Shown here: piece by piece, positions 1-9,576 of the stretch
Numbering within the stretch: position 1 is the stretch's first letter
How the letters are laid out: the number at the start of each line of letters is the position of its first letter
Virus record (IMG/VR): IMGVR_UViG_3300035181_001402
Span: 62,001-126,000 of that record
DNA length: 64,000 nt
From: an uncultured virus (IMG/VR IMGVR_UViG_3300035181_001402)
Lineage: Duplodnaviria; Heunggongvirae; Uroviricota; Caudoviricetes
Reading direction: 5' to 3' (one strand)
Program-made: the position numbers and the translations under genes
The notes under the pieces: generated by a model
Told to the model about the DNA's origin: nothing
The model's database searches: none
What the model saw: only the letters and a program-made list of their open reading frames with translations

Positions 1-2
1 TG

Positions 3-857
3 GCCCACGAGCTGGGCCATAGGTACTGGTTCCATCAGCTCTCCTCAAGACAGCGAGAGTTCTTTGAGAGCCTCGTCCGGGTGCATAAGAACAAGAAGCC
101 CGAGAAGACGAGGGACCCCTACATCATCCCTCCCGAGAAGATCAAGAAGGGCAAAAACCAGATTCTCGATCTCCTCGGGGCGATTGCAGAGCCCTTGGGG
201 AACATGACGGACTCCAAATTGGGGTATCAGGAGACTCTCGCCAAGTTCGGGCCCCCTCTGGAAGAGGCTGCGAAGAAGCATCGGGATGAACTTTCCAGTG
301 TGTTCACGAACACCACCTGGAAGCGAGGGACCCCCGAGATCGAGAAGCTGTACTGGGATGCCTTCGCCAAGAGCAAGGCTCTTTACGTGTACTTCAAAGC
401 GGCACCCAAGCTGGCCCTGAAGCTCACCAAGTACCCTGACGAGGAGGCAAAGAACACTGCGTTCAAGGCTATCTTGGCGGCTTGGGCCAAAAAGGGCATT
501 GCTCTCATCGACGAATCGATGAAGACCTCCTTCGCATTCATCGACGAATCGATCAAGGACTCGAACGCGAAGGAGCTTCAAGAAACCAACATCGAGCTTC
601 GCACCAAGGCCTGGGAAGACGAGTGGGATGCTGATCCTCGTGAGGTCCTCCCTGTCTCTGATTATGGCCGGAGCAACATTGGCGAAGCATGGGCCGAGGT
701 GTTTCGGTCCTACGTCATGAACTGGGACATGTCTCGTGACCAGCTCGAAACCTTCAAGCTCATCCTGAAGCGATCCTCCCTCGTGACCGCTGAGCAAGTC
801 CTCGCTCGGTTCCAGCTTCTTGGGGGAGATTTCTCTTGTACGTCGCCCCTGATGTAG
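3..857 (+). CDS. Zincin-like metallopeptidase domain protein, 5'-truncated by window edge
   Basis: Frame is open from nt 3 and reads AHELGHRYW (HExxH). Downstream SDYGRSNIGEAWAE supplies the third-ligand motif. Paralogous to 2596..3861. Confidence 0.75.
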   Translation, partial: AHELGHRYWFHQLSSRQREFFESLVRVHKNKKPEKTRDPYIIPPEKIKKGKNQILDLLGAIAEPLGNMTDSKLGYQETLAKFGPPLEEAAKKHRDELSSVFTNTTWKRGTPEIEKLYWDAFAKSKALYVYFKAAPKLALKLTKYPDEEAKNTAFKAILAAWAKKGIALIDESMKTSFAFIDESIKDSNAKELQETNIELRTKAWEDEWDADPREVLPVSDYGRSNIGEAWAEVFRSYVMNWDMSRDQLETFKLILKRSSLVTAEQVLARFQLLGGDFSCTSPLM

Positions 858-862
858 AACCC

Positions 863-2599
863 ATGCACAGCCGGTCCCTCCGAGTAGCTGCTCAACATGT
901 CGTCTCCCGCCGGGAGGCCGCTCTACGATCCGTCGTGGCAAGGGGAAGCTCCGGGGGGATGCCTCTACCGCCGGAGATGGCGGACCACCCTGCTCTGACC
1001 GCGGGCCTGACGGAGATTTACTCCAACCCCAAAGAGGTTGGAGGCTACCTCGGGGTCATCGACGGAGGCTCTTGGATCGTCTTCGTGGGAGTGTATGGGA
1101 AGTCCGAGCTGTGGACATCCCGCGACCCCAAGGGAGGCACCATCGGGAATCCCTACGTGTTCCAGCGGGACGACATCTCTTCGGCGTCGACCGTGACCAT
1201 TCCCAACCCTGTGTTCCAGTTCTACTCCCCGATCGAACTCAAGATGATGGGTATCACCGAAAAAGTCGCGGCCCGCTACAAGAAGAAAAAGAAGGTCAAG
1301 ACTCAAGACGGCGAGGATATGACCGTCTACGAGTACTCCGACAAGCAGATCGCCAACCGGAACCGGGAGAAGGCGAAGCGAATCGAGAAGCTCCGGGGCA
1401 AGATCGACGACGTCCGCTCGAAGGCCAAGAAGGACCTGAAGTCGAGCGATCCCGAGAAGATGCTCACGGCCCTCGCCGTGATGCTGATGGATCACACGTT
1501 CGAGCGGGTCGGGAACGACGAGAGCGCGGACGACGGGCACTTCGGGGTCACGGGCTGGCAGAAGGACCACATCACCTTCAGCAAGGGCGGGGCGACCATC
1601 AAGTACGTCGGCAAGTCCGGCGTCAAGCACGTCAAGAAGGTGACCGACTCGACCATCACCAAGGCGCTCAAGGATGCCTGTGAGGCGGCCGAGAACGAGA
1701 CGTCCTGTATCTTCGAGTGGGACGGGGGCAAGGTCTCAGCCGAGAAGGTGAACGCCTACCTGAAGGAATTTGACATCTCGGCAAAGGACATCCGTGGGTT
1801 GCACGCGAACGTCGAGATGCAGGACCAGCTCAAGGCCTCCAGGAAGAAGGGCGGCAAGCTCCCCGAAGACCCCAAGAAGCGGGAGAAGCAGCTCAAGGAA
1901 GAGTTCAAGGAAGCCCTCGAAGTCACAGCGGAAGCCGTGGGCCACGAGCCTGCCACGCTGAAGAGCCAGTATCTCGTCCCCGGACTGGAGGACACATATC
2001 TGAAGGATGGGACGGTCATGGACAAGCTCCACGAGAAGGCGGCGTCCCTCAAGCAGGGGTGCGAGAGCTGTAGCTGCCACGGGAAACCCGAAGAGCATGA
2101 CCAGTCGGAACGGATCCTCGCCCGCTTCATGTCGAAGTACAAGGAAGCGAGCTACTACGACGACAACTCCGATTCCTGGGTTGACCCCGGAACGATGTCG
2201 AAGGACCTCGACAAGTGGCTCGACAACCTGCTCCAGTTGACTCAGCGGGCCAACCAGGAGCTTCGGGGGCAGGGCACACCCGGGAAGGCCTTCGTGCAGC
2301 TCACGGATGCCATCGGCGAGCGCCAACACACCAAGTGGTTCCAGTTCTTCTTCAAGGGGACGCGGTACGCCCGGGAGGTCACGGCGGAGATGGTCCCCCA
2401 GGACATGAGCGATCCCAAGATGGCCCAAGCCCTCGATCACTGGCTCGACAATCTCGAACGCCGCATCAAGGCAGCGGACGCAGAAATCCGACGAGAGGCC
2501 CCGAGCGACAAGATGTACGACCTCTTGGACGCGATGAAGGGGTATGAGAGCGAGAAGTGGTTTGCCTACTACTTCCTGCGCCCGGTGTCCTTCCGATGA
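863..2599 (+). CDS. Type IB DNA topoisomerase (bacterial/poxvirus-like core) with N- and C-terminal extensions; start uncertain
   Basis: Catalytic motifs ERVGN, KYVGKSGVKH, KDIRG, VGHEPATLKSQYL (R, K, R, H, Y). Confidence 0.85.
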   Translation: MHSRSLRVAAQHVVSRREAALRSVVARGSSGGMPLPPEMADHPALTAGLTEIYSNPKEVGGYLGVIDGGSWIVFVGVYGKSELWTSRDPKGGTIGNPYVFQRDDISSASTVTIPNPVFQFYSPIELKMMGITEKVAARYKKKKKVKTQDGEDMTVYEYSDKQIANRNREKAKRIEKLRGKIDDVRSKAKKDLKSSDPEKMLTALAVMLMDHTFERVGNDESADDGHFGVTGWQKDHITFSKGGATIKYVGKSGVKHVKKVTDSTITKALKDACEAAENETSCIFEWDGGKVSAEKVNAYLKEFDISAKDIRGLHANVEMQDQLKASRKKGGKLPEDPKKREKQLKEEFKEALEVTAEAVGHEPATLKSQYLVPGLEDTYLKDGTVMDKLHEKAASLKQGCESCSCHGKPEEHDQSERILARFMSKYKEASYYDDNSDSWVDPGTMSKDLDKWLDNLLQLTQRANQELRGQGTPGKAFVQLTDAIGERQHTKWFQFFFKGTRYAREVTAEMVPQDMSDPKMAQALDHWLDNLERRIKAADAEIRREAPSDKMYDLLDAMKGYESEKWFAYYFLRPVSFR

Positions 2600-3861
2600 T
2601 CGCTCACCGAGTTCTCGCCAGGTTCCTGATCGCCGACAAGGTCATGGTCGACCTTGCTCTCATCGAGAAGCTCCGGAAGGACTTCTTGACGCTGGTCAAG
2701 AACATACCCCTGGTCAAAGACTACAAGACAGCGCATGAGCTGCGGGTAGCGATTCGGATCTACTCCAATCGGTTCGATGACATGTTCTTCAAGCACTTCC
2801 TTGGGGACGCCGTCAAGTACGACATTTCCAAGGCAACAGGACACGATGTCTCTTGGATCGACCACAAGACTCGTGCGGTCGCTTGGACATGGATGTCGGA
2901 GCTGAAGAGCATGCCCATCGGGTTTGCCAACGAGTATTACTCCGAGGAGAGCCGGTTCTTGGAGTTCGAGCGCAATGCCCCCAAGTGGAAGGCTCGCGTT
3001 CAAGCCAAAGCCCGAGTCTTCTGGACAGCGATGCGTGAAGTCTTCGAGATGCTCAAGACAAATGGGATGGCGCCCGAAATCCCTGTTGATGTCCCGAAGG
3101 ATGAGACGATCACCTTGGAAGGATTCCAGGTGATCATGCACGGGTTCAAGTCCGATCGAACCGACTTGTCCGATACGCATTGGAATGAGAAGGTTCTCTC
3201 GAAGCTGAAGCAGGGGCTCCAGGACTACAAGACCAAAGCCGCCAAGATTCTCCCCTGGTTGATCCAGAACCAGCTCCCGGTCATCCTGGACTTCGGGATG
3301 ACCCTCGATGAGGGGGGCCGCTACAACGGAGACGGCACCATCACTCTCTCGACGGCCTCCTTGATCTCAGAACGGCCCGAGTGGGCAACCCATGTGATGG
3401 CTCACGAGATGGGCCACCACCTGTTCAAGCACCTCGGCAAGGATGGGAGCGACTTCTGGTACGCCGTGATCAGCGGGGACCTGAAGGAACTCGACATCGC
3501 CGAGCTGTTGAGCAAGTGGCCCCCCAACGTCGGACATTTCACGCATTCGCTGATGAAGCACCTGGAGACATCGGACCCCGTTCTTGCGCTCCAGCTCGAT
3601 GCGCTGTCTCACGACCGTGCCTACCTGCACGACCGCTTCAACCGAGACGACTTCGAGAAGCTCCTCTCAGAGGGCACCAAGACCGTTCGAGTCCCCTCGA
3701 CACCCATCACAGCCTACGCCAACAAGAACCCCGAGGAGGCCTTCTGCGAGGCCATTGGGCTCATGGTCGCCTACGGTCCCGGCCGAGTGCCGGAGCAAGT
3801 CCGACACTGGCTCCACATCGCCATCCCTGGGAAGGTCAAGTTCGCTAGAACTCTTCCATGA
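2596..3861 (+). CDS. Zincin-like metallopeptidase domain protein
   Basis: HEMGHH plus TAYANKNPEEAFCE; ATGA overlap with the topoisomerase stop. Confidence 0.75.
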   Translation: MIAHRVLARFLIADKVMVDLALIEKLRKDFLTLVKNIPLVKDYKTAHELRVAIRIYSNRFDDMFFKHFLGDAVKYDISKATGHDVSWIDHKTRAVAWTWMSELKSMPIGFANEYYSEESRFLEFERNAPKWKARVQAKARVFWTAMREVFEMLKTNGMAPEIPVDVPKDETITLEGFQVIMHGFKSDRTDLSDTHWNEKVLSKLKQGLQDYKTKAAKILPWLIQNQLPVILDFGMTLDEGGRYNGDGTITLSTASLISERPEWATHVMAHEMGHHLFKHLGKDGSDFWYAVISGDLKELDIAELLSKWPPNVGHFTHSLMKHLETSDPVLALQLDALSHDRAYLHDRFNRDDFEKLLSEGTKTVRVPSTPITAYANKNPEEAFCEAIGLMVAYGPGRVPEQVRHWLHIAIPGKVKFARTLP

Positions 3862-4777
3862 GGGCGTTCATGTAGGCGAAGGGGTCTTCTTGGTGCTCCG
3901 AGATGAAAGGGGTGAGTCCGTCCCGGCGACCCACCACGACCACTTCGCCCACAGCTTCGCGCTTCGCTCCGTCCGAGTTGATAGAGCGCCCCATCTTCAC
4001 CTCGTGAATTTCCCACCCCTCGTACAGCTCTCTCACAAGGGGCGTATCCGAGTTCGAGAGGACGACGGCCACCCCACGTTCTGCCAGCTCAGAGAAGCTC
4101 TTGGCGAGGGCTCTCTGTTCCGCTTCAGGGAAGCCCTCTGAAGTGTATCCCGTGAAGCTCGCGGTGTCAGAGACCGGCACGTAGGGGGGATCGAAGTAGA
4201 CGAGGTCCCCCGGCTGAGCCTGAGAGACCTCTTGCCACCACGGCTTGTGCTGAATGGTGAGTCCGTCCAGTGTCGAATCGACCCTCCGGAGGACCTCCGC
4301 ACAAGCCGAGATATTGGCCCCATCGCAAATCGAGGCGTTCTCTTCTTTCCCCCAGGGAGAGTTGAACTGCCCCTTCTTGTTGGTCCGGTACAAGCCGTTG
4401 AAGCAGGTCTTATTCAGGAAGATCATCCTGACAGCTCGGGTGACCGGCTCCAGAAGCGCCGGGTCCATCTGCCGCCAGGTCGTGAACGTTTCCTTGGGGG
4501 CGATGCGATACGCGGTTTGTACCGCAAGAAGGTCTCGAATCACCTCTTCACCGAAGCCGCCGACCATCAGGTATGCGTTGACCAGCTCGGCATTCAAGTC
4601 GGTCAGGACGGCCTTCTCGAACCTCTTCTCTTGAGCGAGCGCCCAGAAACTAGCGCCACCCCCAAGGAAGGGTTCGTAGTAGGTCCCGATCTTCTTGGGG
4701 TAGGTCTTGAGGAGGAAGGATAGAAGGGTGGTCTTGCCACCAACCCATTTGAGAAAGGGGCGCGCGGGGGAGGACAT
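3845..4777 (-). CDS. dam: DNA adenine methyltransferase (Dam/D12 class)
   Basis: FLKWVGGK, YEPFLGGG, FNGLYRTN, YFDPPY, LSNS motifs. Confidence 0.93.
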   Translation of the reverse strand: MSSPARPFLKWVGGKTTLLSFLLKTYPKKIGTYYEPFLGGGASFWALAQEKRFEKAVLTDLNAELVNAYLMVGGFGEEVIRDLLAVQTAYRIAPKETFTTWRQMDPALLEPVTRAVRMIFLNKTCFNGLYRTNKKGQFNSPWGKEENASICDGANISACAEVLRRVDSTLDGLTIQHKPWWQEVSQAQPGDLVYFDPPYVPVSDTASFTGYTSEGFPEAEQRALAKSFSELAERGVAVVLSNSDTPLVRELYEGWEIHEVKMGRSINSDGAKREAVGEVVVVGRRDGLTPFISEHQEDPFAYMNALMEEF

Positions 4778-4798
4778 GCCCTCCCCCGGCTACACCGC

Positions 4799-5099
4799 CT
4801 ATCGTTCGTAGAAGCTGCTGGCGGAGGCCACACGCTTCGTGAGCTTGAGCCAGTAGCCACCATCCCTCATCCCTCTGGTCGCCCCCGCCCTTCTCGACGT
4901 GCCACCCGCCTTCGGTCTCGTATCCTCGACTTCAGCTCGTCGAGGATACGAGACGTGAACTGCTGATCGAAGCTGACGAGGATCGTTGACCCCGGCTGCC
5001 AATCCGTTTCGATCACCCGATCGATGTGTTCCTCCCCTGCTTGATGATTTGCGCGTCCACGACGCGGACGCGCTCTTCGATTTCGCTTGCTTTGATCAT
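4799..5099 (-). pseudogene. Small hypothetical gene interrupted by about 3 frameshifts
   Basis: MIKASEIEERVRVV... continues in other frames (EEHIDRVIETDW..., YETEGGWHVEKGGGDQRD, GGYWLKLTK...); includes a 7-bp duplication GAGGGAT. Confidence 0.5.
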
Positions 5100-5101
5100 G
5101 G

Positions 5102-5443
5102 TCAGTTCCCCACGCCGTCCGAGTGCAGAGCCCGAGCTTCCTCGCGGCACTCACAGGGGTCGCTGGCGTGACTCTCGACCCCCATTTGGTTGAAGTCCTC
5201 GCAGACGAAGGTGGTGCCGAACGTCTTGTTGGCCGCGTTCACGACGTGCCCGCAGATGATCTCGAACTCCCCGATGTTCTCGATGTCGGGGGTGTTGTCG
5301 TTGAACATCGCGCACGTCAGAAGGGTGCCGTCCAGCCAGATGTCCTCGAACTCGATGGGCACTTCAGCGGGGAGGGGTCCCTCCTTCACCATCATGAAGC
5401 AGCCGAACTCGGGGAAGGCGATGAGCTTGCCGGTGTTACGCAT
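5102..5443 (-). CDS. Hypothetical protein
   Basis: ORF with class I promoter 8 nt upstream of ATG. Confidence 0.7.
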   Translation of the reverse strand: MRNTGKLIAFPEFGCFMMVKEGPLPAEVPIEFEDIWLDGTLLTCAMFNDNTPDIENIGEFEIICGHVVNAANKTFGTTFVCEDFNQMGVESHASDPCECREEARALHSDGVGN

Positions 5444-5451
5444 GGATCTCC

Positions 5452-5478
5452 TACAGGACGACCAGCTTGGGGATCAAC
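5452..5478 (-). promoter_or_regulatory. Class I promoter-like element GTTGATC-N16-TGTA (representative of 21 copies; all listed in findings)
   Basis: GTTGATC cccaagctggtcgtcc TGTA, 8 nt before ATG 5443. Confidence 0.75.
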
Positions 5479-5484
5479 CTGGAA

Positions 5485-6150
5485 TTACAGGTCGACCTCC
5501 CAAGAAAGGAGCGGCTCATCCACGGACCGCTCCCGGAGGACTCGGGCCACGGGTTCGTAGCTTCGCCTGTGGATCGAGCAAGGTCCGTGCGCCTGAAGAG
5601 CCCGCGTGTGTTGGTGGGCGTCGTCTCCGCCGTAGCCCTTGTGCTGCTCGAAGCCATACTCGGGGTAGAGCTTGCCCATCTCGATCATCATCTCGCTCTG
5701 AATGGTCTTGGCGATGATGCTGGCAGCGGAGACCGCCGGGATGAAGCTGTCCGCTTTGTGTATGCTCCGAGCCCCTTCAATCTTGAGGTTCCCATCCACG
5801 ATGGCCATGGTCGAGCCCGGGTGGCTCTCCTTCATGAGAGCCTGTGCCCATGCGACGTTGGCCGTGTGCATCTGGCAAAGACACACGTAGACCCCTTTCG
5901 CGTCGATCTCGACCGAGTCCGAGAAGCGCCAGAGCCAGTTGATGGAGGGGTCGGCCATCAGCTCGTCAAAAGCGAGCTTGCGCCTCTTCTCCGTGAGGTC
6001 TTTCGAGTCCCGAATCCGAGGCGAGCCACACCAACCCGCTGGGGCGATCACGACCGCAGCGACAAGAGGCCCAGCCCAGCTTCCGTAGCCAGCCTCATCA
6101 CAGCCGATGATGTGGAAGTCGCTCGAAGGATCGTAGGGAAGCTCGGGCAT
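5485..6150 (-). CDS. rnhB: Ribonuclease HII
   Basis: GCDEAGYGSWAGPLV, RDSK, IVDG, AASIIAK, HKGYG, HRRSY. Confidence 0.93.
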   Translation of the reverse strand: MPELPYDPSSDFHIIGCDEAGYGSWAGPLVAAVVIAPAGWCGSPRIRDSKDLTEKRRKLAFDELMADPSINWLWRFSDSVEIDAKGVYVCLCQMHTANVAWAQALMKESHPGSTMAIVDGNLKIEGARSIHKADSFIPAVSAASIIAKTIQSEMMIEMGKLYPEYGFEQHKGYGGDDAHQHTRALQAHGPCSIHRRSYEPVARVLRERSVDEPLLSWEVDL

Positions 6151-6358
6151 ACCCGAGCCTACACCAGATATTCAATGATGAAGATGTCCCCGCCTTTGAT
6201 GTGCGTGACGATCTCGACGACCCGCACCAAGGTGGGCTTGTTCCCCGACCACGTCGCCTTGTCGTACACCTTGATCACGTCACCCACAACGGGGGTCGTC
6301 TTTGACGACGTGAAGAGAGTCTGCGCCTGCTCCGCCGCCTTGAATTTGAAACGGAGTC

Positions 6359-6832
6359 TCACAGCTCGTCCGTGTTGAGCTGGTCCCAGAAGGTCTTGGG
6401 GGGCTCCGGGGTGGACGGCGTCGTGTTCTTCCCCACCCATTGTTCGAGTTCGGCCCAGTCGGGTTCGGGCCCAGCCAGCGGGAAAGCGTAGGAGTCCCGC
6501 CCACCCTCCCCATTGCGGTAAGAGACGATCAGGGTGTCTGCTTGGGGGTCGATGATATAGATCCACCTGATATCGAAGTTGTATCTCTCACTGGTCATCA
6601 AGGGTTCAGATTCGTCTACCTCCCTCTTGCCAACGAAGGCTTCCCACCTCTTCGATTTGAGCAAGAGTTTGAGATGGGAGTCAAAACCCAGACCCGTTTT
6701 GCCGGCCTGTTGCACCCAATCCCACAACTCTTTCCCAAGACCTGTGGGGTACGAATCGCAGTGGTTGTAGACGCCTTGCCACTGGGAGTAATTGCCCACT
6801 GCCACGCAACCTCGGGTGCTCATCAGACCCAC
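6359..6832 (-). CDS. Phage hypothetical protein (YxHxDxYP family) with C-terminal W-tag
   Basis: YNHCDSYPTGLGKEL; ends KTFWDQLNTDEL. Confidence 0.7.
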   Translation of the reverse strand: MGLMSTRGCVAVGNYSQWQGVYNHCDSYPTGLGKELWDWVQQAGKTGLGFDSHLKLLLKSKRWEAFVGKREVDESEPLMTSERYNFDIRWIYIIDPQADTLIVSYRNGEGGRDSYAFPLAGPEPDWAELEQWVGKNTTPSTPEPPKTFWDQLNTDEL

Positions 6833-7233
6833 CCCGGCACGTTCATCTTCTTCGCGCTACAGTCGTGGAAGTCGAAGCAGGGCTTGATGGGAGCGAGGCC
6901 GATGGCAATGTGCGCGGCCACGTTGTGGAGCACCCACCACTTATCGGGCTTCGTGGGGATCTCCTTGAGGCGCATCTCGGTGAACATCGGAACCAGGTCA
7001 CGCATCGCGCGGTTCTTGTTGAGCCAGTTCGAGGTGACCGTATGCAGCTCGACCGTCCTCATGTTCGGGAGGACCCCCAGGAGAGGGTGAGCGACGCAGT
7101 TGTGCGCCAGCCACAAGAGGTGGTGGCGAAGTCGCGGGTTCGGTGTACCGTCTTGAACGAACTTCTCGACCCTATCGTGATAGCGAGACTCGCAGGTCGG
7201 CGGCACCTCATCCTCGAAATCCTCGAAATTCAT
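6823..7233 (-). CDS. Hypothetical protein with duplicated HNxxAH motif
   Basis: WLAHNCVAHPLLG / WVLHNVAAHIAIG; GGTGTA element 10 nt upstream. Confidence 0.7.
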   Translation of the reverse strand: MNFEDFEDEVPPTCESRYHDRVEKFVQDGTPNPRLRHHLLWLAHNCVAHPLLGVLPNMRTVELHTVTSNWLNKNRAMRDLVPMFTEMRLKEIPTKPDKWWVLHNVAAHIAIGLAPIKPCFDFHDCSAKKMNVPGWV

Positions 7234-7621
7234 GGCTGATCCTTACACCGATCGTCGGTTGAAAACATCGCTACGCCGTCGAGCGCTACGCGAAAAGGCT
7301 GTCTCGTATCTTGGGGGTCGCTGCATGAACCCCAAGTGTGGGTACGATCGCTGCGTCACAGCTTTCGACTTCCACCATGTGGACCCCCGAGAGAAGGACT
7401 TCACCATCTCGGGTCGGATGACCTCTTGGAAGGTGATCCGACCCGAGCTAGACAGGTGCGTGCTTCTTTGCTGCCGCTGTCACCGGGAAGTCCACGATGG
7501 GCTTCTACCTGGTTTTCTTGCGGATGACGCGGACCGGGGCATTGATCTCGACGGGTCCGATTTTGATGGTCCATCCTTCGGGGAGGACGATGTTCCGGAT
7601 CTGCTTGAGGACGTCGCCTAA
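7232..7621 (+). CDS. HNH endonuclease
   Basis: C..CGY, FDFHHVDP.EK, ELDRCVLLCCRCHREVH. Confidence 0.8.
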   Translation: MADPYTDRRLKTSLRRRALREKAVSYLGGRCMNPKCGYDRCVTAFDFHHVDPREKDFTISGRMTSWKVIRPELDRCVLLCCRCHREVHDGLLPGFLADDADRGIDLDGSDFDGPSFGEDDVPDLLEDVA

Positions 7622-7724
7622 CTCGGCGGCGGGAGCATCCGGCGGGGCGTCGATCTGAATCGTGGCGGTGAGCTTGACCATGTAGGTAGGGTAGAAGGTT
7701 GGCCCCCCCAGGCCAACTTTGCGT

Positions 7725-8411
7725 CTACGACTTGGCGAAGGGGTCTTCGGCCTTGGGCGGGTAGAAGAAGGGCTCCGCGGGCTTCGCCGGTTCCGGAAGG
7801 GTCGCGAGATCCTCCGGAGCGGGTTCCGGAGCCGGCATGGGCTCCTCTTTCTCCAGGATCGGGCGGTCCTTCACCAGAAGACCGAGAGCTTCCTCGGTCA
7901 GGGCTTCCTGAAAACCCTTCTCGTTCGAGGTCGGGTTGAGCTTACCGGCGAGGAGGTTCCGGATGCGCTGTCCTTCCTCTTCGACCAGGGCCACGACGCG
8001 GGCCGTTGCCGCGTAGAAGTTGTCCTCGGGGATGATTCGCATGTACGACCGGCCGCCCGGGATCTCGTCCACCACATCCGGGGTGGCGGAAGTCGTGTTG
8101 AGGCACTTCTTGCCCTCGCCGTAGACGCGGTTACCTCGCGGCGGAGATTTGTACTCGTTTCCAGCACTGGCGATCCGGCCCGTGATGACGATAGCCCCCA
8201 GCTCAGCGATCCAGTAGACCTTGAGCCCCAGAGCGAGAGGGGTCGACTCCAGGGAGGTGAACCGGATCTTGGTGTAGTTGTTACAGGACTTTCGGAGCAC
8301 GGTTGCGAGATCGATCGGGAGAGCCACTTCGTGGAGGACCCTCGCGCTGAATGCGAGGGTCTCCGGAATCGTGTTGTCCTGACGGGAGATGTTGAATACT
8401 TCTCGAAGCAT
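7725..8411 (-). CDS. Hypothetical protein
   Basis: Typical codon usage from ATG 8411 (MLREVF...). Confidence 0.6.
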   Translation of the reverse strand: MLREVFNISRQDNTIPETLAFSARVLHEVALPIDLATVLRKSCNNYTKIRFTSLESTPLALGLKVYWIAELGAIVITGRIASAGNEYKSPPRGNRVYGEGKKCLNTTSATPDVVDEIPGGRSYMRIIPEDNFYAATARVVALVEEEGQRIRNLLAGKLNPTSNEKGFQEALTEEALGLLVKDRPILEKEEPMPAPEPAPEDLATLPEPAKPAEPFFYPPKAEDPFAKS

Positions 8412-8431
8412 GGGAGGGTTCTTTCCGGGGT

Positions 8432-8728
8432 TCAGGAGACGTGGGCAGACTCGAAGAGGGCCGCAGCAAGACGGTGCTTGCAGTGGGCGCCCCGAAGGGT
8501 CGAGTCCGGACAGTTGCAGGTTGACGTCCGGGCACGGCGGTTCACCCGGACGATGTAGTCCTGGGTGGGCGCGGACTCGACGAAGTAGACGTGGTCGCAG
8601 CGACCCGGCTTGACGTTGGCGACGAGCGCCTTGGCTCGCTCCATACGGGGACCGAGGTCGGGGTGCTTCGCCGACCACCTGGCAACAGTGTCGTTCACAG
8701 CGGCGGAGGTAGGGGCTTCACGTTTCAT
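8432..8728 (-). CDS. SWIM zinc finger protein
   Basis: CNCPD-x7-CKH; class I promoter at 8737..8763. Confidence 0.8.
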   Translation of the reverse strand: MKREAPTSAAVNDTVARWSAKHPDLGPRMERAKALVANVKPGRCDHVYFVESAPTQDYIVRVNRRARTSTCNCPDSTLRGAHCKHRLAAALFESAHVS

Positions 8729-8767
8729 GCTTCCTCTACAGGTTGGGGGCCGTCTCGATCAACCAGG

Positions 8768-9001
8768 TCACACGATTCGTTCGAGAACCCCAGCTTCCAA
8801 ATCCTGGAGAGCCCGAAGGGTCATGCGGCGAACGAGGTTGCGGAATCCGTCCCCTTGGGAGGCGAACCCGGCGAACCTCAAAACCGCCAACCAGGCGTAT
8901 TCCACCCTGAACGCAATCGTATCCCGGACCCAATCGGGCAATCCGGGGTGATTTTCGTCCAAGAACTTGTTGGTGGCAAGCTGCCGGTCCATCTTAGGCA
9001 T
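8768..9001 (-). CDS. Hypothetical protein
   Basis: ORF in the minus-strand run, MPKMDRQ... Confidence 0.5.
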   Translation of the reverse strand: MPKMDRQLATNKFLDENHPGLPDWVRDTIAFRVEYAWLAVLRFAGFASQGDGFRNLVRRMTLRALQDLEAGVLERIV

Positions 9002-9009
9002 GGGGTACT

Positions 9010-9282
9010 CTAGGGTCCGAGCACACCAGGGCGCCACTTCTTCAGCCAGACGTCGTAGAGCTGGTAGCCGCCTCCGGCTTTGGGGTAGGCCACCTCACAC
9101 TCCGACGCGCACTGCTCGGCGAGCTTTTCCTCTTCCTGGGTTCCGTCCCGCATGATGTACGGGCAGCTTCCACAGCGGGGGTTGGGGAAGCTGCTGTACC
9201 AGCAAGCTTCCTTGCAGTTGTCGCAGATGACGATGCGAGCGTGGCGGGGGTTGCTCGCCTTGTAGCCGGGATACTTGATCCT
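9010..9282 (-). pseudogene. Zn-finger-like paralog of 9577..9894 lacking ATG (AGG at expected start)
   Basis: Manual translation IKYPGY...IVICDNCKEACWY...TQEEEKLAEQC...VWLKKWR aligns with ITYPGF...LFICENCQHAWWY...TPEETALALEC...AWLARWR. Confidence 0.7.
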
Positions 9283-9536
9283 CCGACCACCTTGATACCG
9301 TCGATGAGCGCGTTGACCTCGGTCATCAGGCAGTGGGGGTCGGCCGTGCAGATGAGCGCGTGAGCGAGCATCCGGGCCCGATGCTGGGCCGTGTCCAGGT
9401 TGACGTTGACACAGACGTACAACTCGTACGGCTTCCCCAGGCCGAGGAGCACGTTGTACCCTCCATCTCTCGGGACGCGGGTAATCAGAACTTCGTCACG
9501 GGCTGCCTGACGGGCAGCCTCCAGTTGGGTCGTCAT
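9279..9536 (-). CDS. Hypothetical protein (natural stop probably about 9279; reads through to 9042 as given)
   Basis: Class I promoter at 9545..9571, 8 nt before ATG 9536. Confidence 0.6.
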
Positions 9537-9576
9537 GGTGGACCTACAGGGGAACGGGTGGGACGATCAACTCGTT

